Assembly (NCBI GenBank): GCA_035290045.1
Contig: DATDVH010000021.1
Coordinates: forward strand, 1 to 43,498
Reading direction: 5' to 3'
Length of the DNA stretch: 43,498 nucleotides
Origin: Patescibacteria group bacterium
GTDB taxonomy: Bacteria; Patescibacteriota; Microgenomatia; UBA1406; HO2-37-13b
The translations under genes were made by a program, and so were the position numbers. The notes below the pieces were generated by a model. It was not told the origin of the DNA, searched no databases, and saw nothing but the letters and a program-made list of their open reading frames with translations. Below are positions 34,423 to 43,406 of this stretch, one piece after another; within the stretch, counting starts at the first letter, position 1, and the number at the start of each line of letters is the position of its first letter.

Positions 34423-36270
34423 TTAATTTTTAACTTCCTCGATCCACTTCTTTACATCATTATACTGGAAAGTATTTATAATATCGTTCTTTTTTGCAAA
34501 GCCTCGGCGTGCGACTGATACACCCCATTTCATCCCATTCATCTGATCTGTTGCATGTGCATCGGTATTGATGACTAATTTTACACCTTTTTCAACAGCG
34601 CGTCTGACTAACAAATCAGGTAAATCAAGTCGGTGAGGCGACGCGTTAATTTCAATTGCTATATTTTTCTTTTGGCAATTATCAAAAATTATGTCCCAAT
34701 CCGCATCAATTTCTTCTCGCTTTTCTAACAGCCGAGTTGTTGGGTGCGCAAGTATTTTGACTTTTGGATATGTTATCGCATTAAGGATCCGAGTAGTCAT
34801 ATCATCATATGGCATGTCAAATCTGCTATGAATTGAAACGATCAACATATCAACATAGTCTAAAGCCGCATCAGGAAATGCAATACTTCCGTCAGGACGA
34901 ATATCTACTTCAAGACTGATGAAAAAATGTACACGTTCAATTTTATTACTCATATTTTTTTGAACAATGTACTCTTTTCTTCTTTTTAGAATAGCAACAA
35001 CTTCCAATTCTGAATGACGAGATATACTTGGATTATGATCTGCAAACGCCACATATTCATACTGAAGCGTGCTTGCCTTTTTCAAAATTTCCTCGTATGT
35101 GTTTTCCCCGAGATCATGCGATGGTTCAAGATCATACGACGAATGAATATGAAAATCACCCCTAATATCATACAATGTTACTAGCTTTGGCAACATTTTT
35201 TTTCCAGCCAACTCAATCTCATTTGTACCTTCGCGCAACTCAGGAGGAATATACTCTAATCCTAAAAAGGTATACAAATCTTCCTCATTACGAAACCGAA
35301 ACGTTTTTAGCTTCTTCCTATTTTTGACTTTTGACTTTGGACTTTTAATTTCTTTTATTCCATACTCTGACAACGAATATCCCAATCCTAAAGCATGTTC
35401 GCGCAATTTAATATTATGCTCTTTGCTTCCAGTAAAATACTGAAGCATGGTGCCAAAAGTTTTCATGTCTGCGATACGAAGGTCTATTTGTTCTCCAGAT
35501 GAAATAATGACAGATGCTTTTTTTTCGCCCGCGCCAATCACCGATACAACTTGAGGATATTGTATAAAATAATCAATAATAGTTTGAGAGCTGTTTTTGA
35601 CTTTTGACTTTTGACTTTTGACTTGTACTAGTATATCGATATCCCCAATACTACTTACTTTTCTTCTCAATGATCCTAATACGTCAACACGCTTCACTAA
35701 TTGGTGTTTATTCAAATAATCACGTACATCCTCTGCTTTCTGAATGACTGATGAAAGCAACATGCGGGGGTTTTTCTTCACATTTTTTTTGTAACGAATA
35801 ATCGCTTTATACATATCACTTTGTGATTTCTCACCAAAAGATTCAAGACCAGCTACTTTATTTTGTTCACATGCTCGCTGAAGCTCATCCACAGCAGACT
35901 GAGAATCCTCAAGTTGTAATGCCTTTGTCAATGCATAAGCTTTTTTAGGACCAATACCTGCAATACTCATCAAAGCAAACACTGATTGTGGGACAGAAGA
36001 AATGACCTTTGCACAATACGATGCCTCTCCTTTCTTAAAATAATCTTCAATATGAGACAGTATAGACTGACCAATACCATGGGTTGTATATAACGCATCC
36101 TTTTTCCAAAGGTTATATAACTCACTACTCATATGCTCAATAGTGTGGATAGTCCGTTCATATGCGATGATCTTAAAACGATTCTCACCTTTGAGTATAT
36201 ACGCCACAACTACTGAACGAAGCAATTGAACAAGTTCCTTATTCGTTACATTCATACATTGATTATACAA
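34423..36270 (-). CDS. polX: PolX-family DNA polymerase with C-terminal PHP phosphoesterase domain
   Basis: Pol-beta-like HhH and nucleotidyltransferase region (GSLRRKVSSIGDIDILV), and a PHP domain (GDFHIHSSYD...FADHNP...NTDAH). There are two K/S-rich inserts encoded by heptamer repeats. The start may be the internal Met at MNVTNKEL. Confidence 0.85.
   Translation of the reverse strand: MYNQCMNVTNKELVQLLRSVVVAYILKGENRFKIIAYERTIHTIEHMSSELYNLWKKDALYTTHGIGQSILSHIEDYFKKGEASYCAKVISSVPQSVFALMSIAGIGPKKAYALTKALQLEDSQSAVDELQRACEQNKVAGLESFGEKSQSDMYKAIIRYKKNVKKNPRMLLSSVIQKAEDVRDYLNKHQLVKRVDVLGSLRRKVSSIGDIDILVQVKSQKSKVKNSSQTIIDYFIQYPQVVSVIGAGEKKASVIISSGEQIDLRIADMKTFGTMLQYFTGSKEHNIKLREHALGLGYSLSEYGIKEIKSPKSKVKNRKKLKTFRFRNEEDLYTFLGLEYIPPELREGTNEIELAGKKMLPKLVTLYDIRGDFHIHSSYDLEPSHDLGENTYEEILKKASTLQYEYVAFADHNPSISRHSELEVVAILKRRKEYIVQKNMSNKIERVHFFISLEVDIRPDGSIAFPDAALDYVDMLIVSIHSRFDMPYDDMTTRILNAITYPKVKILAHPTTRLLEKREEIDADWDIIFDNCQKKNIAIEINASPHRLDLPDLLVRRAVEKGVKLVINTDAHATDQMNGMKWGVSVARRGFAKKNDIINTFQYNDVKKWIEEVKN
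35322..35349 (-). repeat. Degenerate heptanucleotide tandem repeat inside polX (plus strand ttttgac ttttgac tttggac ttttaat)
   Basis: Read directly. On the coding strand it encodes KEIKSPKSKVKN. Confidence 0.8.
35595..35622 (-). repeat. Perfect (GTCAAAA)x4 heptanucleotide tandem repeat inside polX
   Basis: Plus strand ttttgac x4, read directly. It encodes VKSQKSKVK. Confidence 0.9.
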
Positions 36271-36295
36271 AAATGATATTTTGAACAGTAAGTAT

Positions 36296-36323
36296 TTGCA
36301 ATTTGTAAAAAATATGCTATAGT
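36296..36323 (+). promoter_or_regulatory. Promoter for tRNA-Asp (TTGCAA-16-TGcTATAGT)
   Basis: -35 TTGCAA at 36296-36301 and extended -10 TGcTATAGT at 36315-36323. The tRNA starts about 10 nt downstream. Confidence 0.5.
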
Positions 36324-36332
36324 AAAAAAACT

Positions 36333-36406
36333 GGGGTCATAGCTCAATTGGTTAGAGCGCTTCCCTGTCACGGAAGAGGTTGCGGGTTCGAGTCCCGTTG
36401 ATCCCG
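36333..36406 (+). tRNA. tRNA-Asp(GUC)
   Basis: ggggtca/tgatccc acceptor, anticodon stem cttcc/ggaag, loop cTGTCac, T arm gcggg-ttcgagt-cccgt. Confidence 0.9.
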
Positions 36407-36433
36407 CCGCTTAAAAAAAGGAGGTGATAGATT

Positions 36434-37030
36434 ATGGCAAAAACACAAACTGGAATCATTCAATATAAAGACCTTGTCATGCAAAAAATCAAATCGCATT
36501 ATCAATCTATAATCCTTGGCATTTTAGTTTTACTTGTTGCAGTGTCAGTCATCGCACGGCTTTCAACTTCACAAAAAAATAATACGGATCAATCTAAAAA
36601 AGATACACAAAATACTGTTGAAGAATCAGCGACATCCGAAGGAATTAAATCAAATAGTAAAGAATATACTGTCAAAAAGGGAGAAAATCTCTGGATGATA
36701 GCTCAAAAAAACTATGGATCAGGATATAACGCAGTAGATATAGCGAAGGTAAATAAACTAAAAAATCCCAATATCATTGAGATTGGTATGAAACTTATTC
36801 TTCCTGAGGTAAAAGCAAATACACCAACAACAGGCATCATCGCTGAAGCACAAACAGGAAAAGTAACCATCAGTGAAAAAGAATATAAAATAAAAGTTGG
36901 AGATACACTATGGAACATCGCCGTTCGAGCATACGGAGATGGATATCAGTGGATGAAGATCGCACAGGCAAACAAACTCACCAATCCTGATGTCATTCAC
37001 AAAGATAACATACTTTCTTTACCGCGTTGA
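36434..37030 (+). CDS. Membrane-anchored protein with two LysM peptidoglycan-binding repeats
   Basis: An N-terminal TM, then the LysM repeats YTVKKGENLWMIAQKNYGSG...IEIGMKLILP and YKIKVGDTLWNIAVRAYGDG...IHKDNILSLP. Confidence 0.85.
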   Translation: MAKTQTGIIQYKDLVMQKIKSHYQSIILGILVLLVAVSVIARLSTSQKNNTDQSKKDTQNTVEESATSEGIKSNSKEYTVKKGENLWMIAQKNYGSGYNAVDIAKVNKLKNPNIIEIGMKLILPEVKANTPTTGIIAEAQTGKVTISEKEYKIKVGDTLWNIAVRAYGDGYQWMKIAQANKLTNPDVIHKDNILSLPR

Positions 37031-37052
37031 GATTGAACGTCAGTATTACAGA

Positions 37053-37124
37053 GCGATGGTAGTTCAACGGCAGAACGTCTCCTTCCCAAGGAGAAGGTTG
37101 AGGGTTCAATTCCCTTCCATCGCT
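37053..37124 (+). tRNA. tRNA-Gly(CCC)
   Basis: gcgatgg/ccatcgc acceptor, anticodon stem tctcc/ggaga, loop tTCCCaa, T arm gaggg-ttcaatt-ccctt. Confidence 0.9.
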
Positions 37125-37177
37125 CAAGAATTTATTTTTTCTTAAGCTATCAAATCATAAAGCCCATGTATAAATTA

Positions 37178-39880
37178 TCATACATTATTGGCAAACAAAC
37201 TCTCTAACTCCGCAAAATTCCTTAACTTATTTTTCTCAAATTCTTCCTGTTTTATATAGAGCATTTTATATGAAATGCTTTTTTGCGCTTTGTTTATATC
37301 ATCACTCCACTGCTTTAATCTTTCAATTTTCAAAACATCGTTAATATCTTCTCGTCCTTTTGTTTCAATAATAAATATTTCCTTTTCAGAAACCTTCACG
37401 ATAAAATCAGGATAAAAATTGGATAGTATTCCTTCTGCATTTTTATAATCAATCTTAAAATTCACTGCAAGGTAATTTTTTGCAAATGAAATAATATCGT
37501 CGCACCGTTCCAAAAAAGTAGCAAAATCAAGTTCAAAATGATTATCACCTACTATCTTATTGAATATACTTTTTTTAGGATGAGCTATATATGGCTTATC
37601 TCTCAACACAATTGGACGTGTATCGCTGATTTTAAGATAGTTTATGATCTGCGCTTCTCCCCTATCACGTATAGTGAGATCATTTATCGCAGTCTTAAAG
37701 GTCTCCATGATTATACGCACCACTTCAAACTCAGAAAGATTTCGTAAAATGTTCGCATCTTCCAGATCAACAGATTTTTCAAAAGGATATTCCTTGATAA
37801 ACTCCTTCACCTTTCCATATAAAATATCATATCCGCCAACGAGACGAAGCTCATTTTTTATCGTTTGTGCAAAATAACCAATCGCCGAATGATAATTGCT
37901 GGAAGGTGAAGTATCCAAAACTGTTGCATGATGAATGGTTTTATCAGAACCTGCTTTATTTACAACATACTGAAAGATAATTTCACGTTTTTCTCTTTCT
38001 GAAAATTGTTGTATTGGCATTTTCTTTGTTTCAAATTGAGAAGGGCGCAGTTCTGAAAGATTTTTATATTCTCTATATACACGCGGCGATAGTATGGGAA
38101 GTTCAATATCAAGTTGTTCTATATCTTTTTTTTTATTTTCAAAATCAACCTCAACCACTAAAGGAGCTATTGGTTTGTATCCTTCGCCCATTTTTCTTCG
38201 CTCAAGTGCTACTCCCTCACTTTTTACAGATTCTACAAAATTCATAAACGCATCAGTGCCGACGACGCTGACATATTCTTCTATATCCTTTCCAAAATAC
38301 ATGCGCCGAAGTCCTCTCCCTAAGGTTTGTTCTGGCAAAATATTACTCTGTGCAGAGTAGGGACGAAGTCCCACAATCGTTGTCACATTTTTCACATCCC
38401 ACCCCTCCTTCAACATCAGCACAGATACAATAGCTTTATAGCGGCTATCCCATGAGTCAATACGATGCGCTTCTTTTCGTAATTTTTCAAGTTCCTCCTT
38501 TTTCTTTCCTGTTGATGCCTCATATATATCTCCATTATTTTTTGTGTGAATAATAAGCACAGCATTTTTCAACTTTGGATACCTGCTTTCAAGATAACTC
38601 GCCACATCATCGCAGTTTTTGGTGTCATCAGTCATCACAAAAAGAATTGCTTTATTCGTATGTTTATGCTCCTCATATACTTTCTCCCATTCTAAATAAC
38701 CAAGATTGATAAAGTCTCCATATCGCTCGGTAAATTTACTGCTCTTTTTCTCCTCAAGTCTGGCGTGGCTGGCAGAATCGGGAATAACCGGGTGTTTGAC
38801 TACATTCTGATAAATTGCCTCAACAAGAGGATAGTCTGCGACAGTCTGCACAAAAATAGAGCCGTCGTTATGTTTGGGCGTTGCTGTTACATCAATCTGA
38901 AGCGCAAGTTCTGATCCTTTTTGTTTGAGATTATTATGAATATCCTGTATAGACTGAAACCATGCAAGCCGTTCGTCGTGGATATGATGCGCTTCGTCAT
39001 TCAACACTACAAGTTCGTCAATATCGCGCACAATATCGCTTACCTGTATCTTTGATTCATGTGTCTTGCCTGTTGGTTTTTTTCCTAAAAAATAATCTGT
39101 AGTATTTTCATCGCTAAGATTTGGTTCTGTTTCTCGCCCACTATATACTCTATGAATATTCGTAAGGAAAATATTACCAGTTTTGCGAAACGATCCTACA
39201 TCATCTTGCAGGTGAACAGTGAGTTGAAAATCATCTTTCCAATTTTTACCTTCATAACCATTATCCGGAAGCACCGGATCTTGATAAAAGATTTTTAAGC
39301 CGTCAAAATCCGCACGAATGCGGTCAAGTACAATAATATTGGGAGTGATAATGAGAAAGTTGCGCGCCAATGTTGAATTACTCTCATAAAGTTTGTGAAA
39401 ATAGCACCATGCAAGGATGAGGCTTAATACTTTTGTCTTGCCGCTTCCCGTCGCCATCTTTATCACAAATCGCCGCCAATCCTCTGGGAACATGCCGGCA
39501 GAAACTGCGCTTGAACTATCAAATCGCATTAGATCGTACTTATCTTTCACGCCAACCACTTCGTACAGATAAATAACCGTTTCAACAGATTCCCTCTGAC
39601 CAAAATAATATTGAAATTGTGCGGTTGCTCCATCAGCTTTTGAAAGTAAATGTTCGTGATTGAACCACCAGTCAAGAAGCGCTTTACTCGTATCTGTGGC
39701 GCCTTCATATTTTTTATTCCTCCATTCTTGCACTCTTTTTCTCAAAATCGCAACAAGCGGAGGAAGAAGCTTTTCATATCCTTGACTACGCAATTCCTCA
39801 TCAGCCGGAAACCAGCGATATTCTGGATCAGCTATCTCGTATGGTGATTTTGGAAATTTAGGATGTAATGCCATAGACAA
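37178..39880 (-). CDS. res: Type III(-like) restriction enzyme Res subunit (SF2 helicase plus canonical PD-ExK nuclease)
   Basis: 900 aa. Motif I is MATGSGKTK and motif II is LNDEAHH. The C-terminus is NFYPDFIVKVSEKEIFIIETKGRED. Confidence 0.85.
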   Translation of the reverse strand: MSMALHPKFPKSPYEIADPEYRWFPADEELRSQGYEKLLPPLVAILRKRVQEWRNKKYEGATDTSKALLDWWFNHEHLLSKADGATAQFQYYFGQRESVETVIYLYEVVGVKDKYDLMRFDSSSAVSAGMFPEDWRRFVIKMATGSGKTKVLSLILAWCYFHKLYESNSTLARNFLIITPNIIVLDRIRADFDGLKIFYQDPVLPDNGYEGKNWKDDFQLTVHLQDDVGSFRKTGNIFLTNIHRVYSGRETEPNLSDENTTDYFLGKKPTGKTHESKIQVSDIVRDIDELVVLNDEAHHIHDERLAWFQSIQDIHNNLKQKGSELALQIDVTATPKHNDGSIFVQTVADYPLVEAIYQNVVKHPVIPDSASHARLEEKKSSKFTERYGDFINLGYLEWEKVYEEHKHTNKAILFVMTDDTKNCDDVASYLESRYPKLKNAVLIIHTKNNGDIYEASTGKKKEELEKLRKEAHRIDSWDSRYKAIVSVLMLKEGWDVKNVTTIVGLRPYSAQSNILPEQTLGRGLRRMYFGKDIEEYVSVVGTDAFMNFVESVKSEGVALERRKMGEGYKPIAPLVVEVDFENKKKDIEQLDIELPILSPRVYREYKNLSELRPSQFETKKMPIQQFSEREKREIIFQYVVNKAGSDKTIHHATVLDTSPSSNYHSAIGYFAQTIKNELRLVGGYDILYGKVKEFIKEYPFEKSVDLEDANILRNLSEFEVVRIIMETFKTAINDLTIRDRGEAQIINYLKISDTRPIVLRDKPYIAHPKKSIFNKIVGDNHFELDFATFLERCDDIISFAKNYLAVNFKIDYKNAEGILSNFYPDFIVKVSEKEIFIIETKGREDINDVLKIERLKQWSDDINKAQKSISYKMLYIKQEEFEKNKLRNFAELESLFANNV

Positions 39881-39961
39881 TTAAATTATTTCATGTCATT
39901 TTCTGATTGATTTTTCAAAATCAAATGTATACAATATCTATTGATCGAAAGATCAATAACT

Positions 39962-40432
39962 CTAGAGCTTGGGGACTCTTTCATCGTAATCCCTTTTGCT
40001 AATGCGCAAAATACTGCATAATATCAGTTTGAAATCATCAAATAACTTTTTAACCTCAATTATCAACTTATCCATTTGTTTGTCTGCTACTGAATCGACC
40101 ATATTGTGAACAATTTTTATTCTGTAATGGTTAATTTTCTTCAAAATTTCTATGAGTTCTTCTTTATAGTTAAAATTTACTCTTTTAAGAGTACTAATTT
40201 TTCCACCTAATGGCTGTTTAATAAATTTGTTTTCATCTATACTTAATGGAATTAGTTTTACTATAGATACTAAAAAATATTCCACAAGATTAAAATAAAG
40301 CAAAGATGAGGCTGTCCTGTTAGGTAAATTATTCCTTCCATACATTAAATCCGATAGGTGCATTATTCGTATAGCAGTATGATTTTTAAAAATATCTTTA
40401 TCTGATATTTCTTTATATTTTGTGATATTCAT
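39962..40432 (-). CDS. Small alpha-helical protein with an Rx4H motif (HEPN/DUF4145-like candidate), wedged between mod and res of cassette 2
   Basis: 156 aa. Its ATG overlaps the mod2 stop by 4 nt. It carries ...[22 protein letters not shown] (R104-x4-H109), placed near the C-terminal third as in HEPN domains. The confidence value refers to the ORF; the functional call rates about 0.35. Confidence 0.75.
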   Translation of the reverse strand: MNITKYKEISDKDIFKNHTAIRIMHLSDLMYGRNNLPNRTASSLLYFNLVEYFLVSIVKLIPLSIDENKFIKQPLGGKISTLKRVNFNYKEELIEILKKINHYRIKIVHNMVDSVADKQMDKLIIEVKKLFDDFKLILCSILRISKRDYDERVPKL

Positions 40433-42513
40433 ATATTCACCTCAATAACTTTCATCGTATCATTCCCAAAAATATCAACCACTTTCACTGCTATTTTGCG
40501 CCTGCCTTTTTCACATTCATGAAAAATGCTTTTCAGTTCAAGACTGCGGTTTTTCTTGGTACGGAAAGATTGCCACTCATTTTCAAAAATATAGTCCCCA
40601 GTCCACATCTCTTTATACTTTCCATCGCCTTTTGGCACTTTGATGATCTCTTTTTTGCTCTCAAAGTCAAAATCCACTGCCCAATAATCTATCCAATCAG
40701 TCCATTTTTTAGTAAGCACTTCGCGGGAGACAATGCCGTTTTTATCTTTGATGACTTTTACGATTTGTCCGTTATCCACAGTTACTTTTGCGTAGCCGTT
40801 TTTTATCTCTGTAACTATATTGTCAATTTTATCTTGACTATAGTGGACTGAAAAATCAGTCAGTTCAATCGCTACCGATTTATTCGTGATATATGGCTTG
40901 ACTTCAATATACGCCACATCATGAAATACCACTTGGTTTTTCTCTATTGCGCGCTTATCAAAGACATCTTTCGGAATGTATTTGAGCAGAATATCAACAC
41001 CTTTTTCCTTGGCGCTGTCAAGAATATGAGGAAAAAGTCCCATCTCAAATTCAAACGCAAGTATATCAACCTTTGTGAAATGTTTTTCTCTACATTCACT
41101 TATCACTTCTTCTATGAAAAGTCGGGATGCGGGCAAGTTAATTGGTCCAACAATAACCACTCGCGAAGACTTTTTGCCATGCACCGTCTGAAAGCCAACT
41201 ATTTTTTCCGCTTGATACGCTTTGAGAATAAGCTCCACAAAATCGTTATTTTTCTGTGCTATTTGTTTTTCTTTTTCTTCATCTTGAAGCTCTTGATTTA
41301 CTCCGATATAATGCTCTACTTCGTATTTGCCAAGATTGAGTATCTCAAACGCGCGATAATCACTGCTTTCTTTCTTCATCTTTCTTTGGACTTCAATCAT
41401 GCGTTTCCGTATCGTATGAATAGCAAACTTGCCAAGGTCCGACCCGATCCATTTCCGACCAAGTTTCTCTGCGACTGCCAAAGTAGTGCCTGAGCCGCAG
41501 AAAAAATCAGCGACAATATCATTTTCATTTGATGATGCTTGAATAATCCGTTCAAGAAGCGCTTCTGGTTTTTGCGTTGGATAGCCAACTACTTCATTTC
41601 GTTGCCTGTCTGCTGTGTAAACGTCACTCCACCAATCCTCCAGTCTCTTTCCTTGTTCTTCTAGTTGGGCAACTCTTTCAGCCGAATCCTCCGATTCTTT
41701 ACCGAGAAACGCACCTCTGTTGTGTATACCTGATTTATGTTCAACTCTTGGGGTGTTAAAAATATTTGTCTCTCCTTTTGAGTAAAAGAATATCGAATCA
41801 TGTTTGCGAGTGAATGCACTGTTGTTCTTTCCCGGTCCGCTATAACACCACGCAATTTCATTTCTGAAATTATCTTTCCCAAAAACTTCACTCAAAACCA
41901 AACGCATATAACTATTTACCCGATAATCACAATGTACATAAATACTGCCATCGTCGGCGAGTAGATCACGCATCAGAGATAACCTTTCATAGATCATCGC
42001 GATAAAACTATCCGCGCCCTTGCCCCAGGTATCGCGATATGCCAACTCTTCCAAAACTGTTGGTTCTTTGGTGAAGGTCTCATCGCCGATTACAATATCC
42101 ATAGAAAAATCAGCTCCCACATCAAATGGAGGGTCTATGTAAATCAGCTTTATACCGCCCATTTTTTCTATCTCTTCACGAAGCGGTCCATTTTTCAGAC
42201 TTGAAAGGATCAGTTTGTTATCGCCCCAGATCAGTTTATTCGTCCAACCCTTCAACTGCCGGCCGCGCGTATCATAACTAAAAAGACCAAGTTGCGCATG
42301 TGAGTCTTCAACCTTTTCTGCTCGCGGTTCGTCAATATGCTCAATGGTCTGAAAGGGAAGCACGACCTTCGTCACTTCATGTGTCTTACCGTTCCATACA
42401 AGCTCCACTTCCTTCTTATCTTCAAAAAGAAGAAAACGATATTTGTCTGGTATCTCTTTCTCTGCATCAATTAGTTTTATAACATCTCGTTTTTCATTGT
42501 CAGAAAGTTTCAT
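40429..42513 (-). CDS. mod: Type III(-like) R-M Mod subunit (beta-class DNA methyltransferase)
   Basis: 694 aa. Motif IV ([11 protein letters not shown]) precedes motif I ([26 protein letters not shown]). Confidence 0.9.
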   Translation of the reverse strand: MKLSDNEKRDVIKLIDAEKEIPDKYRFLLFEDKKEVELVWNGKTHEVTKVVLPFQTIEHIDEPRAEKVEDSHAQLGLFSYDTRGRQLKGWTNKLIWGDNKLILSSLKNGPLREEIEKMGGIKLIYIDPPFDVGADFSMDIVIGDETFTKEPTVLEELAYRDTWGKGADSFIAMIYERLSLMRDLLADDGSIYVHCDYRVNSYMRLVLSEVFGKDNFRNEIAWCYSGPGKNNSAFTRKHDSIFFYSKGETNIFNTPRVEHKSGIHNRGAFLGKESEDSAERVAQLEEQGKRLEDWWSDVYTADRQRNEVVGYPTQKPEALLERIIQASSNENDIVADFFCGSGTTLAVAEKLGRKWIGSDLGKFAIHTIRKRMIEVQRKMKKESSDYRAFEILNLGKYEVEHYIGVNQELQDEEKEKQIAQKNNDFVELILKAYQAEKIVGFQTVHGKKSSRVVIVGPINLPASRLFIEEVISECREKHFTKVDILAFEFEMGLFPHILDSAKEKGVDILLKYIPKDVFDKRAIEKNQVVFHDVAYIEVKPYITNKSVAIELTDFSVHYSQDKIDNIVTEIKNGYAKVTVDNGQIVKVIKDKNGIVSREVLTKKWTDWIDYWAVDFDFESKKEIIKVPKGDGKYKEMWTGDYIFENEWQSFRTKKNRSLELKSIFHECEKGRRKIAVKVVDIFGNDTMKVIEVNI

Positions 42514-42543
42514 ACCGACCTTATTTTACCAAAAATGAACGAA

Positions 42544-42572
42544 ATAATAAAACCATGTATAAATCTTGTCAA
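42544..42572 (-). promoter_or_regulatory. Near-consensus sigma70 promoter of mod2 (TTGACA-17-TATTAT)
   Basis: On the minus strand: TTGACA (42572-42567), a 17-nt spacer, then TATTAT (42549-42544). An AGG Shine-Dalgarno-like triplet lies 7 nt before the ATG. Confidence 0.55.
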
Positions 42573-42580
42573 GTAGATAA

Positions 42581-42599
42581 ATCTGTTGATGCAACAGAT
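42581..42599. promoter_or_regulatory. Palindrome ATCTGTTG-atg-CAACAGAT immediately upstream of the mod2 -35
   Basis: Read directly: 8-bp arms, 3-nt spacer, 8 nt from the -35 hexamer. Confidence 0.35.
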
Positions 42600-42650
42600 T
42601 ATTCCTTGTAGTTAAAATACTAACTGTTAGTATTGTGTTATAATGATTTC

Positions 42651-42719
42651 ACAAGTAAATCCTCAACCGTGGGGTTCCGGATGGTTCCTCGTAAACAGCG
42701 GTTGAGGTTTTGTTTTTTT
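42651..42719 (+). ncRNA. Candidate small RNA B (extended -10 TGtTATAAT at 42636-42644; 9-bp stem plus U-run terminator)
   Basis: Stem cctcaaccg (42661-42669) / cggttgagg (42699-42707), followed by ttttgttttttt. The loop region contains GGGGTTCCGG. It shares ttCACAAG(a/t)AAA and GGGTTCCG with module A. Confidence 0.3.
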
Positions 42720-43389
42720 AGGAAAATAGAGGATTTTCTTCAATAACTCTTTTTTTTATGAGATTATAATAACTTTTATCATTGTACTCATATTTGCGAA
42801 AAATTGACCAACTCACAAAATCAACTACTTGTAGTGATTGCTCTTCAGTTGGATATTTAATAGCAATTTTAATCAAAGATCTATGGTTTGTTTTTACTTG
42901 TTCTTCTAAATAATGAGTAAAATTTTTATTTAAAAACTTGTTTGTTTCAAGCCTTGCCGCCACAAGTATAATGGGGATTGACGTATTCAAAATCTTCCTT
43001 GTCATAATCCTATCAAGTAAAATATTGGTAACGTAATTGTAAAGAATATGCTTTTCATCTTGAAGACGAGTATATACTTTTGATTTGTTAAGAAAGATCG
43101 TCATGATGTTGCAATTGCTTCTTGCCAATAGCTTTAATAACCTTTTACGCGTATATGGTTTTTCTTTATAACAATGAAGTACGCCACCACTCAATTTTTT
43201 TATTTTTTTTATTAGCGATTGATGAACTTTTTTGACAATCTTCTCCAACGGTTTCTTATCTATTGCAAAAATTAAAGTAATGATAAAGTACCTAGAACTC
43301 TTTTTCTTTTTGTTAAATCCAAGATCGACTGACTCATCTAAAAAAATATATTGTGACATATCTGGATGTACCAGAAATCTCAAAAACAA
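42718..43389 (-). CDS. DUF3800 family protein
   Basis: The N-terminal YIFLDES.D and the C-terminal LQVVDFVSWSIF are the two DUF3800 signature blocks. The likely true start is M11 (MSQYIFLDES, about 43359). Confidence 0.7.
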   Translation of the reverse strand: MFLRFLVHPDMSQYIFLDESVDLGFNKKKKSSRYFIITLIFAIDKKPLEKIVKKVHQSLIKKIKKLSGGVLHCYKEKPYTRKRLLKLLARSNCNIMTIFLNKSKVYTRLQDEKHILYNYVTNILLDRIMTRKILNTSIPIILVAARLETNKFLNKNFTHYLEEQVKTNHRSLIKIAIKYPTEEQSLQVVDFVSWSIFRKYEYNDKSYYNLIKKRVIEENPLFS

Positions 43390-43406
43390 GTATGGATGTA
43401 GACAAT

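Noticed and set aside
35322-35622. ttttgac repeat clusters as a CRISPR array or mini-CRISPR
   Set aside because: The units are 7 nt, are directly tandem without spacers, and are translated in-frame within polX. This is not CRISPR architecture.
39881-39961. Palindromes between the 156-aa gene and res2 (attgatc-gaaa-gatcaat; tgatttt-tc-aaaatca) as an internal promoter or terminator
   Set aside because: I could not fit a convincing -35/-10 pair or a U-run. They may be attenuating hairpins, but the evidence is too thin for a feature call.
40921-41493. 190-aa plus-strand ORF (and 40519-40851, 110 aa) inside mod2
   Set aside because: Both are antisense to a well-supported methyltransferase CDS with intact motifs IV and I, and no recognisable domains are present. 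Other antisense ORFs in the track (within uvrA, atpA/D, dnaE, gatA/B, res2 and others) were rejected for the same reason.
37125-43400. Direct repeat of the tRNA-Gly 3' end (att-type scar) delimiting cassette 2 as an integrated island
   Set aside because: I searched by eye for ttcccttccatcgc-like copies downstream and found none. No integrase gene is present, so island status rests only on context.
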